Source: a virus
Lineage: Duplodnaviria > Caudoviricetes
IMG/VR virus record: IMGVR_UViG_3300044217_003764
Span: 1-50,064 of that record
Direction: 5' to 3' (one strand)
DNA: 50,064 bases
A model generated the notes under the pieces. The model made no database searches. It saw only the letters and a program-made list of their open reading frames with translations, and was not told the DNA's origin. Below, piece after piece: positions 38,309 through 44,904 of the stretch; positions within the stretch are counted from its first letter, which is position 1, and each line of letters opens with the position of its first letter. Position numbers and translations under genes: made by a program.

Positions 38309-39276
38309 AACCCGACATCTGCATTTATCATGGCAACTGTGCCGACGGATTCACCGCCGCGTGGGCTGTCTGGAAGAGGTTCGGCGATAGCGTCGAATAC
38401 ATCCCCGGCGTGTACGGTGAAAGCCCGCCGGACGTGACTGGCAAGAACGTGGTCATCGTGGACTTCAGCTATAAGCGCCCTGTGTTGGCGGAAATGCTCA
38501 AGGCGGCGAACTCAATCCTTGTGCTGGATCACCACAAGACCGCCGAGGCGGATTTGGGAGACGGGTATGAGGGCTATGCCCGCTTCTTCTCGATGGCGCA
38601 TTTCACCGGCACAATAGACTGGAAGCGCTATGGGAACAATCTAGACCAAGATTACTGCGAGAATGCCGGAAAGGCTGTCTACACCCTGTTCGATATGGAC
38701 CGCTCCGGCGCTGGCATCGCGTGGGATTTCTTTCATCCCGAAAAGCCCCGTCCGAGACTGGTGAAATATGTCGAAGATCGAGACTTGTGGCGGTTCCATC
38801 TGGAGCAATCGCGAGAGTGCAATGCGTTTATCTTCGCCCACGCTTATACGTTCGGGAACTGGGAACTGCTCAACACGATATTCGAATCGAGGCCGGACGA
38901 GGCGGCGGTCGGCGGCGGCGCGATTGAGAAAAAGCATCACAAGGACGTGGCGGAACTTGTCGCCAAACTGCGCCGAGAAATGATTATCGGGGGGCATTGG
39001 GTGCCCGTGGCGAACCTGCCTTACACGCTAACCAGCGACGCTGGCCATCTGATGTGCGGTCCATATGCTTCACCGAACCTGTTGGGCGATATGGTAACAC
39101 CCGCATTCGCGGCCTGCTATTGGGACACCCCTGAAGGCCGCGTGTTTTCGCTTCGCAGTGATGACAAGCAGGGCGGTGCGGATGTTTCCGAAATCGCTAA
39201 ATCATACGGCGGCGGCGGACACAAGAACGCTGCCGGTTTCACCATGCCGATAGGTTGGGAGGGGGATGGGGCGTGA
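38305..39276 (+). CDS. DHH/DHHA1 phosphoesterase
   Basis: YHGNCADG, VDFS, LDHHKT and GGGGHKNAAGF motifs. Confidence 0.9.
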   Translation: MKPDICIYHGNCADGFTAAWAVWKRFGDSVEYIPGVYGESPPDVTGKNVVIVDFSYKRPVLAEMLKAANSILVLDHHKTAEADLGDGYEGYARFFSMAHFTGTIDWKRYGNNLDQDYCENAGKAVYTLFDMDRSGAGIAWDFFHPEKPRPRLVKYVEDRDLWRFHLEQSRECNAFIFAHAYTFGNWELLNTIFESRPDEAAVGGGAIEKKHHKDVAELVAKLRREMIIGGHWVPVANLPYTLTSDAGHLMCGPYASPNLLGDMVTPAFAACYWDTPEGRVFSLRSDDKQGGADVSEIAKSYGGGGHKNAAGFTMPIGWEGDGA

Positions 39277-39494
39277 ACCATCGTCTGACACCATCCAGCA
39301 GGCGCTACCGCATGACGAGCATGGAGCTCGAGCAGGAATGCGCTGATCGCATCATCGCCTATTGGGCGGATCGCGGCTTCGACGTCGAAGTCAAAGTTGA
39401 AACCGGCGGCTTCAGCAAAGTGCTGCGCGCGCCACTCTTGGGCCTGAGATCCGACATGGTGAACGGCCTGCCAACACGGGAGCAAGCCAAATGA
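39273..39494 (+). CDS. Hypothetical protein
   Basis: Coupled ORF; LRSDMVNGLP motif. Confidence 0.55.
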   Translation: MNHRLTPSSRRYRMTSMELEQECADRIIAYWADRGFDVEVKVETGGFSKVLRAPLLGLRSDMVNGLPTREQAK

Positions 39495-39922
39495 ACTCCT
39501 CGCCAGCAAGGGACTTTAGGGATCGACAGATACTGAAGTTACGCCACCGAGTTGAAGAGCTTGAAGAAGAGGTCATCACACTGAGGGATGAATTGACAAA
39601 CAAGGACTGGGTTTGCCCGATTGAGTTTGATCTGGCGCCCTCCCTGCGCAACGCTCTGGCGGCGTTGGTAAAAAAAGAACTGTGCACCAAAGCCCATCTT
39701 CATGTCGTGTCTGCGCACCAAGGCATCCTTACAGAGACATCCCCCAAGATTGTTGATGTCACCATTTGCAAGTTGCGAGCCAAGCTGAAGCCCTTCGGGA
39801 TCAAGATTCACACCCATTGGGGGCTGGGTTATTCGATAGGTGCCGTTGACCGCGACCGCTTGAAAAACTGGAACACCCACGAAAGGCCAGAGAATGGAAT
39901 TCGCACGATCGATCCTGACTGA
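39491..39922 (+). CDS. Winged-helix regulator with CtrA/OmpR-like DNA-binding domain
   Basis: KIVDVTICKLRAKL...IHTHWGLGY; no receiver domain. Confidence 0.8.
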   Translation: MNSSPARDFRDRQILKLRHRVEELEEEVITLRDELTNKDWVCPIEFDLAPSLRNALAALVKKELCTKAHLHVVSAHQGILTETSPKIVDVTICKLRAKLKPFGIKIHTHWGLGYSIGAVDRDRLKNWNTHERPENGIRTIDPD

Positions 39923-40502
39923 AACCGACATGTCACACGCCCTGGCCGACCGCCGGAATGACCTCGATCTCAGGCAGGAAGAAGTAGAGCACGATGTGGG
40001 CCTGGCCCACGGACACCTTGGCAAGATTGAAGCAGGAGCCAAATCATGGGGAAAGCGACCCTTCCGGATAAACGATCCGGTCAGCACGACACCGACCCTC
40101 ATGTGGTTGATGGAAGCGTACCAACTCAAACTTCTTCTGGTGGACGAAAACACAGCGCGCCAGATCCTGCCAGTGGACAGGCAGGAGACCCGGCAAAGGC
40201 ATCGCAGCAAGGAAACCGGGGCGGAGCACCCGAACCAGCAGCGAATGACGATCAGCGTGAGACGCCGGCAAAGCTACGAGCTCGGAACATGCGGCGGATA
40301 CTCCCCCGCGTCGATCAATTCCGACTCGCCCTCTTCGCCCTCAATGCAGCAGTGCGAGACGCAGAAGCCGACGGACTCTCCCGAGACGCAATCGTTGAAG
40401 CCATCCACCGCACAACCGACGACTGGCATCTGCAATATCTGCGGCTATCCGAGTGTTCGGATCTCCTCAACGCTGTCCATGCGCCCGTCGCCTTCGACCT
40501 GA
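39894..40502 (+). CDS. HTH-containing protein (3' end uncertain)
   Basis: RQEEVEHDVGLAHGHLGKIEAG XRE-like HTH; C-terminus overlaps next ORF by over 200 nt. Confidence 0.55.
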   Translation: MEFARSILTETDMSHALADRRNDLDLRQEEVEHDVGLAHGHLGKIEAGAKSWGKRPFRINDPVSTTPTLMWLMEAYQLKLLLVDENTARQILPVDRQETRQRHRSKETGAEHPNQQRMTISVRRRQSYELGTCGGYSPASINSDSPSSPSMQQCETQKPTDSPETQSLKPSTAQPTTGICNICGYPSVRISSTLSMRPSPST

Positions 40503-40693
40503 TCCGACTCGATGACCAGCCCGTGAGCTCGAAAGCCATGCGGGCCGAGGCTGCGGCCGAGGATGGATACCATGCGGAGATTGTCGGCCGCTCCATCGAG
40601 GCGTGCCCATACGATCACAGACAATCAGACCTGCGGCGCGCCTGGCGCTCCGGATGGTGTCGCTCAAGAGAAGGACAGGATTTCAATGCTTAG
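40289..40693 (+). CDS. Protein with C-terminal ribosome modulation factor (RMF)-like motif
   Basis: DGYHAEIVGRSIEACPY...RRAWRSGW. Confidence 0.6.
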   Translation: MRRILPRVDQFRLALFALNAAVRDAEADGLSRDAIVEAIHRTTDDWHLQYLRLSECSDLLNAVHAPVAFDLIRLDDQPVSSKAMRAEAAAEDGYHAEIVGRSIEACPYDHRQSDLRRAWRSGWCRSREGQDFNA

Positions 40694-40871
40694 ACCCCTG
40701 CGCAGAGGCGAAGGCCATATCAAGCTGACCGAGGAAGAGGTTGCGATCATCAAGCGCGACCAGGGCAAGGTCAAACGCAAGACGCTGGCCGAGAAATTCG
40801 GTGTCGATCCGTCCACGATCAGCAAGATCTGGTACGGGCAGGCATGGGGACATGTGGAGCCAGCGGAATAA
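40686..40871 (+). CDS. Small HTH protein
   Basis: KLTEEEVAIIK...LAEKFGVDPSTISKIW. Confidence 0.65.
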   Translation: MLRPLRRGEGHIKLTEEEVAIIKRDQGKVKRKTLAEKFGVDPSTISKIWYGQAWGHVEPAE

Positions 40872-41126
40872 ATCAACGCTGCATGGGAAATTCTTGCGCG
40901 TGGCGCGTGTTTCACACTTTTCTATCGTGGGGTATCCCAGACCACGGATCGCGGCTGGTGACGATGCAGCGCAATTCTTCGGGCGGGGTGGTCACTCTGA
41001 TTTCCGGGATCTGTGCCAGCGTCTCGAGGTCAGCCGCCTCCCTTGCTCCAGGTCGGAAAGCGTACCGTAGGCGGCGGAGTATCCAGGGCAGGTTGCGCAT
41101 GTTGATGGTGTGCCTGACTTCCGGAC

Positions 41127-41165
41127 AAAAGAAAAGCCCCCGCCGGACGTATCCAGCGGGGGCTT
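41127..41165 (-). terminator. Intrinsic terminator ending the ribozyme operon
   Basis: AAGCCCCCGCTGGA-loop-TCCGGCGGGGGCTT followed by TTCTTTT on minus. Confidence 0.85.
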
Positions 41166-41182
41166 CCTTGTTGGGGACAAGC

Positions 41183-41356
41183 CTAGTTCGTTTTGGCCGG
41201 GCCTTGGGTAGCTGGCACGGGGTCCAGCGCGGCCAGGGCGGCGGTCGCAGATGTCACGCGGGCTTCTACCCGCTCGATGGCTTCGGCCAGACGCTTTGCT
41301 GATGTCTCCAGACGTTCAGCGGCTTTCTCTGCATCCACGAAATTCTTGTTAGCCAT
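41183..41356 (-). CDS. Operon gene 9, 57-aa helical protein
   Basis: CAATGGAGAC SD then ATG (MANKNFVD). Confidence 0.7.
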   Translation of the reverse strand: MANKNFVDAEKAAERLETSAKRLAEAIERVEARVTSATAALAALDPVPATQGPAKTN

Positions 41357-41380
41357 TGTCTTAGTCTCCATTGGTCTATC

Positions 41381-41433
41381 GGTGCACAGCGCACCCGATG
41401 CCCGCCACCCTTGCAGATGGCGGGACACGGCTA
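41381..41433 (-). ncRNA. Structured intergenic RNA motif B, copy 1 (not a hammerhead)
   Basis: TAG-CCGTG-T-[10-bp stem, GCAA loop]-CATCGG-GTGC-GCTGT-GCACC; covaries with copy 2. Confidence 0.6.
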
Positions 41434-41676
41434 GGCTGGTTCGGCTTCGGCCTCTTCCTCCTGCACTTCGGCCTCATAGTTGAAAACCGAAGCGACAAAG
41501 GTGGCTTCAACATTCTCTATCCCTTCAACGTCCGCCAGGTGGCGCAGGTCGCAGGCGAGATCTTTAATCCAGGTGTCGGTATCGTTTGCGTTCGGGCTGT
41601 CGCCGGTGTGGCTGATGTATGTTGCCAGCGCAGCACGAGCCCGTTCCGCACGATCCGCATTTGTCCAAGTGCCCAT
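41431..41676 (-). CDS. Operon gene 8, hypothetical
   Basis: CAATGGAGAC SD; TNADRAERARAAL...IKDLACDLRHLAD. Confidence 0.8.
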   Translation of the reverse strand: MGTWTNADRAERARAALATYISHTGDSPNANDTDTWIKDLACDLRHLADVEGIENVEATFVASVFNYEAEVQEEEAEAEPA

Positions 41677-41695
41677 TTGTGTCTCCATTGATTGT

Positions 41696-41752
41696 GGTGG
41701 AAAAGCCCACCGGATGGCCCTGCTGCCAGTTCAGCAACAGGGCGCACCGCTA
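41696..41752 (-). ncRNA. Structured intergenic RNA motif B, copy 2
   Basis: TAG-CGGTG-C-[12-bp stem]-CATCCG-GTGG-GCTTTT-CCACC. Confidence 0.6.
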
Positions 41753-42295
41753 GGCTCCGGTGCCGACGACTTGCTCGAGTCGGTCAGCTACCGCGTCCAG
41801 GTCTCCCCGATACGTTGGGAAGGCAACAACCTGCGCACCGTCGGTGGCGTAATTGATCACCTCGATGTTCAGGTCGGTTGGGAGTGCAGGGGATTCGGTT
41901 GCCGGTTCTGGCACCTTGTCGCCTGTCATGTAGAGCCACTTGGCCGTGACCGTGGCGAACACAAAGCCCGCCGCCGCCGCGTATTGCATCACGAGCGGGG
42001 TATTGTCCCCGAACAGCCAGAGCGCGCCGTAATGGTGCACCCAGACCTCAACGCAAGCCAGGAAGAAGGCAAAGATGGCCGTGGCCGTTGCTTTCCACTT
42101 GGCAAATCCCGCGCGCATCATGACCAGTTCCAGCGACTCCGAAAGGAGCCATGTGAACGTGGCCAGGAAGCCGAGCAGGACCGCGACACGATCCCAGCCA
42201 AATCCCGCGTGACGTAGGCCGATGGCTGCAATCACGTTGGACATGAGGACGATGGCCACCGGCGCAAGCGTGGTGGCGTTCTGTCTTAGGTTCAT
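41750..42295 (-). CDS. Operon gene 7, multi-pass membrane protein
   Basis: AATGGAGAC SD then MNLRQNA; about 4 hydrophobic segments. Confidence 0.8.
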   Translation of the reverse strand: MNLRQNATTLAPVAIVLMSNVIAAIGLRHAGFGWDRVAVLLGFLATFTWLLSESLELVMMRAGFAKWKATATAIFAFFLACVEVWVHHYGALWLFGDNTPLVMQYAAAAGFVFATVTAKWLYMTGDKVPEPATESPALPTDLNIEVINYATDGAQVVAFPTYRGDLDAVADRLEQVVGTGA

Positions 42296-42318
42296 GGTTG
42301 GTCTCCATTTATTGAGCT

Positions 42319-42372
42319 GTCTCATCAGTGGCGCTTGCTCAAGACGCCAGACCCGCCGGGGCGGGTTTCGAC
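42319..42372 (-). ncRNA. Type II hammerhead ribozyme HH1
   Basis: GUC-GAAA-CCCGCC/GGCGGG-UC^UGGCG/CGCCA-CUGAUGA-GAC; loop I UUGAGC pairs with 3' tail GCUCAA; cleavage 42350/42349. Confidence 0.93.
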
Positions 42373-42584
42373 TAGGTGTCATCCTCCTGTGTTGCGATTT
42401 TGATCAATTCACGCTGTGGGCTGAGTATTGCGCCCAGCAGCAGGAACGCGCCCAGCGTGGCGGCAATGAACACCGCCAGCCCTGCCAGCCCGTGAATCTC
42501 GAATGCAGCAGGCACCATAAGGCTGCAGCAAACAAGGATCACCAGGCCGGACAGAATGCCGGTCAGGCGCATGGGGTCGTTCAT
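42372..42584 (-). CDS. Operon gene 6, two-TM membrane protein
   Basis: CAATGGAGG SD; TAG stop overlaps HH1 stem II. Confidence 0.8.
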   Translation of the reverse strand: MNDPMRLTGILSGLVILVCCSLMVPAAFEIHGLAGLAVFIAATLGAFLLLGAILSPQRELIKIATQEDDT

Positions 42585-42617
42585 GCGGTATCCTCCATTG
42601 GTTTTAGGGTGTGGCCT

Positions 42618-42680
42618 GTCTCATCAGTAGCGAGGGGCCAATCTCGCCAGACCCCACCCCTTGCGGGGTAGGGTTTCGAC
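42618..42680 (-). ncRNA. Type II hammerhead ribozyme HH2
   Basis: Stem III ACCCUACCCC-GCAA-GGGGUGGGGU, C^, stem I UGGCGAG/CUCGCUA, CUGAUGA; pseudoknot UGGCC/GGCCA; cleavage 42650/42649. Confidence 0.95.
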
Positions 42681-43417
42681 TATGCCGCAACCGGCATTTT
42701 CTCCGGTTCTTGCACGATCGCCAGGGGCGCGCCCGTGGTGTCAAACCATTGCGGACGTCCAGAGTCCGCGCCGGCATTGGCACGCAAGGGCATAAGCACG
42801 CCGAACAGGTCGCGCTTACCGTCATCTGCAGGCCCGAACGTCACCAAAGCGGGATCATTCGGCCCCTCACTCCAGATGGAGATCGGGGCAGACCTTTGAT
42901 TGCAGAAGTCTGCAGCGGCCATTGTGAACGCCTTGAGGTAATTGGCGTCATACGTTGACGCCTGCGTCACGGGCTTGCAGTTGGAGAACCGGGGAACGAC
43001 TCGCGTGATGTCTGGAAAGTCTCCGTCTATCACCTCGAACATGTGAGCCCCAACGGGCAGGCGCCCTCCGTTTTCGTCCATGTCGAACAGGAAGCCCGGC
43101 GCGCAACATGACTCGGTATCATCGGGGTTCACCTCGATCATGCGAGTGCCAAGCGTTTTGCGGTCTTCCTTGAACACTGCGCCGGGCAGCTTGTGGCCTT
43201 CCGTTCGCAGGATCACGCCTTTACCGTCCGGCGCGAAGCCGTCCGGATCATAGGCAACAATGAGCTTGTGACCGTCCGTTGCCGCCAGCATCACACCGGG
43301 CTGATTGCCAGGCGCGCGGCTGACGTGAAGCCCATTCAGGTAATAGCGGCTCTTCTCTTTCGAGGTGAACCGATAAACCGTGCGGAAAAGGGCGGCACTA
43401 AAGCGATAATTGGTCAT
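42680..43417 (-). CDS. Operon gene 5, DNA polymerase III beta (sliding clamp)-like protein
   Basis: SRYYLNGL...AATDGHKL and IDGDFPDITRVVP match DnaN central-domain motifs; only 245 aa. Confidence 0.75.
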   Translation of the reverse strand: MTNYRFSAALFRTVYRFTSKEKSRYYLNGLHVSRAPGNQPGVMLAATDGHKLIVAYDPDGFAPDGKGVILRTEGHKLPGAVFKEDRKTLGTRMIEVNPDDTESCCAPGFLFDMDENGGRLPVGAHMFEVIDGDFPDITRVVPRFSNCKPVTQASTYDANYLKAFTMAAADFCNQRSAPISIWSEGPNDPALVTFGPADDGKRDLFGVLMPLRANAGADSGRPQWFDTTGAPLAIVQEPEKMPVAA

Positions 43418-43444
43418 TGTGTAGTCTCCATTGATTGTAACCCT

Positions 43445-43506
43445 GTCTCATCAGTGCAAGGCGGGTTAGGCCCTTGCAGACCCCGGCGCGCGGCCGGGGT
43501 TTCGAC
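43445..43506 (-). ncRNA. Type II hammerhead ribozyme HH3
   Basis: Stem III ACCCCGGC/GCCGGGGU, C^, stem I UGCAAGG/CCUUGCA, CUGAUGA; pseudoknot UAACCC/GGGUUA; cleavage 43479/43478. Confidence 0.95.
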
Positions 43507-43988
43507 TATCCGCGCTTTCGGCGCATCAGGTCAGTGAGGGAAACGACTTGCGGCGTCCCCTCCGGTTCGTCAAAGCCCCAAGGGGCATCGTCGTAACCAG
43601 GAAGTTTCGAGATCATGGATTTTCGCAGTTGCTGCACCCATTTTGCGGCCCAGCGTTCGTGATAATCGTTCGTTTCACATGCCTGATAGTCGTAACAATC
43701 GCAGGCTTTCAGCACGATCACGGGAGTCACGAAGGTTGGGTGAATCCGTCGAAAGGTGTAGCGTTCGATTGCTTCCATCCCTTCCAGGTCGTCACCTTGA
43801 TAGCGGAACAGCACCGAGCGCGTGTTTTCACGCAACAGGGCCTTTCCGAGAGCGTCCGCATCATCCGGGTCGTCACCTTTTGGCGCGCCGGGTAATGTGG
43901 AAAAATACGAGCTGGAAAAGTGGCGATCATCCATAGCTGCTGTTACCAGCAGGCTGATATGATCGTCGCTCACAACAAAAGCGGACAT
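43506..43988 (-). CDS. Operon gene 4, hypothetical phage protein
   Basis: CAATGGAGA SD then MSAFVVSDDHI; ENTRSV..RY and CYDYQACE motifs. Confidence 0.8.
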   Translation of the reverse strand: MSAFVVSDDHISLLVTAAMDDRHFSSSYFSTLPGAPKGDDPDDADALGKALLRENTRSVLFRYQGDDLEGMEAIERYTFRRIHPTFVTPVIVLKACDCYDYQACETNDYHERWAAKWVQQLRKSMISKLPGYDDAPWGFDEPEGTPQVVSLTDLMRRKRG

Positions 43989-44010
43989 AGGTATCTCCAT
44001 TGTTTAGCCT

Positions 44011-44071
44011 GTCTCATCAGACCGCAGGCGGCTAATCCTGCGATGACGCTCCGGTTAGGGAGCGTTTCGAC
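44011..44071 (-). ncRNA. Type II hammerhead ribozyme HH4
   Basis: Stem III ACGCUCC/GGAGCGU, C^, stem I AUCGCAGG/CCUGCGGU, CUGAUGA; pseudoknot UUAGCC/GGCUAA; cleavage 44045/44044. Confidence 0.95.
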
Positions 44072-44289
44072 TATTGGAAATCTTCGAGTCGGTGGCGTAC
44101 CGGCCGCCCATTGATCATGGGAACACCCCAGACCGTGGCCACACCGGCCGCATTGACCAGCGGTAGGTAAATAGGCGCAATTTCCCATGCAGCGCGCTGC
44201 TCTGACACGGTTTCCCATGTCCACCCTTTCGGCAGGTCGTAGCCAATAGGTGCAGCAAGGCACTCGCGTTCCGAGTTCGTGAGTTGCAT
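44071..44289 (-). CDS. Operon gene 3, 72-aa hypothetical
   Basis: CAATGGAGAC SD then MQLTNSERE; TAG overlaps HH4. Confidence 0.75.
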   Translation of the reverse strand: MQLTNSERECLAAPIGYDLPKGWTWETVSEQRAAWEIAPIYLPLVNAAGVATVWGVPMINGRPVRHRLEDFQ

Positions 44290-44317
44290 TTCAGTCTCCA
44301 TTGTATGGGTTTCGCGT

Positions 44318-44372
44318 GTCTCATCAGTGCCAGGCCGCGAGCCCTGACAGACGCCCCGGAGGGCGTTTCGAC
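44318..44372 (-). ncRNA. Type II hammerhead ribozyme HH5
   Basis: Stem III ACGCCC-UCCG-GGGCGU, C^, stem I UGUCAGG/CCUGGCA, CUGAUGA; pseudoknot UCGCG/CGCGA; cleavage 44350/44349. Confidence 0.95.
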
Positions 44373-44374
44373 TA

Positions 44375-44620
44375 TTAGATCGGTTCAAATTCCGCGCACG
44401 GTAGGCGTTCAAAGCCTGAAGGCTTGTGCACCTTCACAAACCGCCATCCGAGGCACTTCAGCACCGCGCGCATTTCATCGCAGGCTTGGTTGTCTCCCTC
44501 GGCGAAGTAGGCGAAGACTCTGCGCGTGACGCCCTCGCCAATCGTCCGAACCCCTCGGCAGGCGATGTCTTGCGCCTTAAATTGCGCCAGCGCTTCGCCC
44601 GGTTTAATTGGGTACGTCAT
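44375..44620 (-). CDS. Operon gene 2, 81-aa hypothetical
   Basis: CAATGGAGA SD then MTYPIKPG; ends TAA-TAG abutting HH5. Confidence 0.75.
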   Translation of the reverse strand: MTYPIKPGEALAQFKAQDIACRGVRTIGEGVTRRVFAYFAEGDNQACDEMRAVLKCLGWRFVKVHKPSGFERLPCAEFEPI

Positions 44621-44651
44621 TAGTTCAATCTCCATTGTAGGTAATTGGCCT

Positions 44652-44708
44652 GTCTCATCAGTGCAGCTAGGCCAGATGCTGCAGACCGGGCCGGAGCCCG
44701 GTTTCGAC
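44652..44708 (-). ncRNA. Type II hammerhead ribozyme HH6
   Basis: Stem III ACCGGGC-UCCG-GCCCGGU, C^, stem I UGCAGC/GCUGCA, CUGAUGA; pseudoknot UGGCC/GGCCA; cleavage 44684/44683. Confidence 0.95.
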
Positions 44709-44878
44709 TAATTGGCGTCTTTCCCGTCATGCCAGTGACCTTGAACCAGGTTCACGGATGCGATGAGGGCAACGGCGACAGCAAGTGCGAATAGAGTTGC
44801 GAAGGGCCACAGGGCCAGCAATGTAGCCATGACCTTCACGCCCATCAGCGCGGCGAGTGCCATAAGTGCAAAACGCAT
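44708..44878 (-). CDS. Operon gene 1, 56-aa hydrophobic peptide (absent from the ORF track)
   Basis: CAATGGAGA SD; MRFALMALAALMGVKVMATLLALWPFATLFALAVAVALIASVNLVQGHWHDGKDAN ends exactly at the TAG of HH6. Confidence 0.75.
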   Translation of the reverse strand: MRFALMALAALMGVKVMATLLALWPFATLFALAVAVALIASVNLVQGHWHDGKDAN

Positions 44879-44904
44879 AATTCAATCTCCATTGAGTGTG
44901 ATCT

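Noticed and set aside
41356-44893. ATG inside CAATGGAG as true starts or conserved leader peptides (MET.., MEI..)
   Set aside because: In frame for only five of nine genes and lacks its own SD; GGAG is correctly spaced for the downstream ATG.
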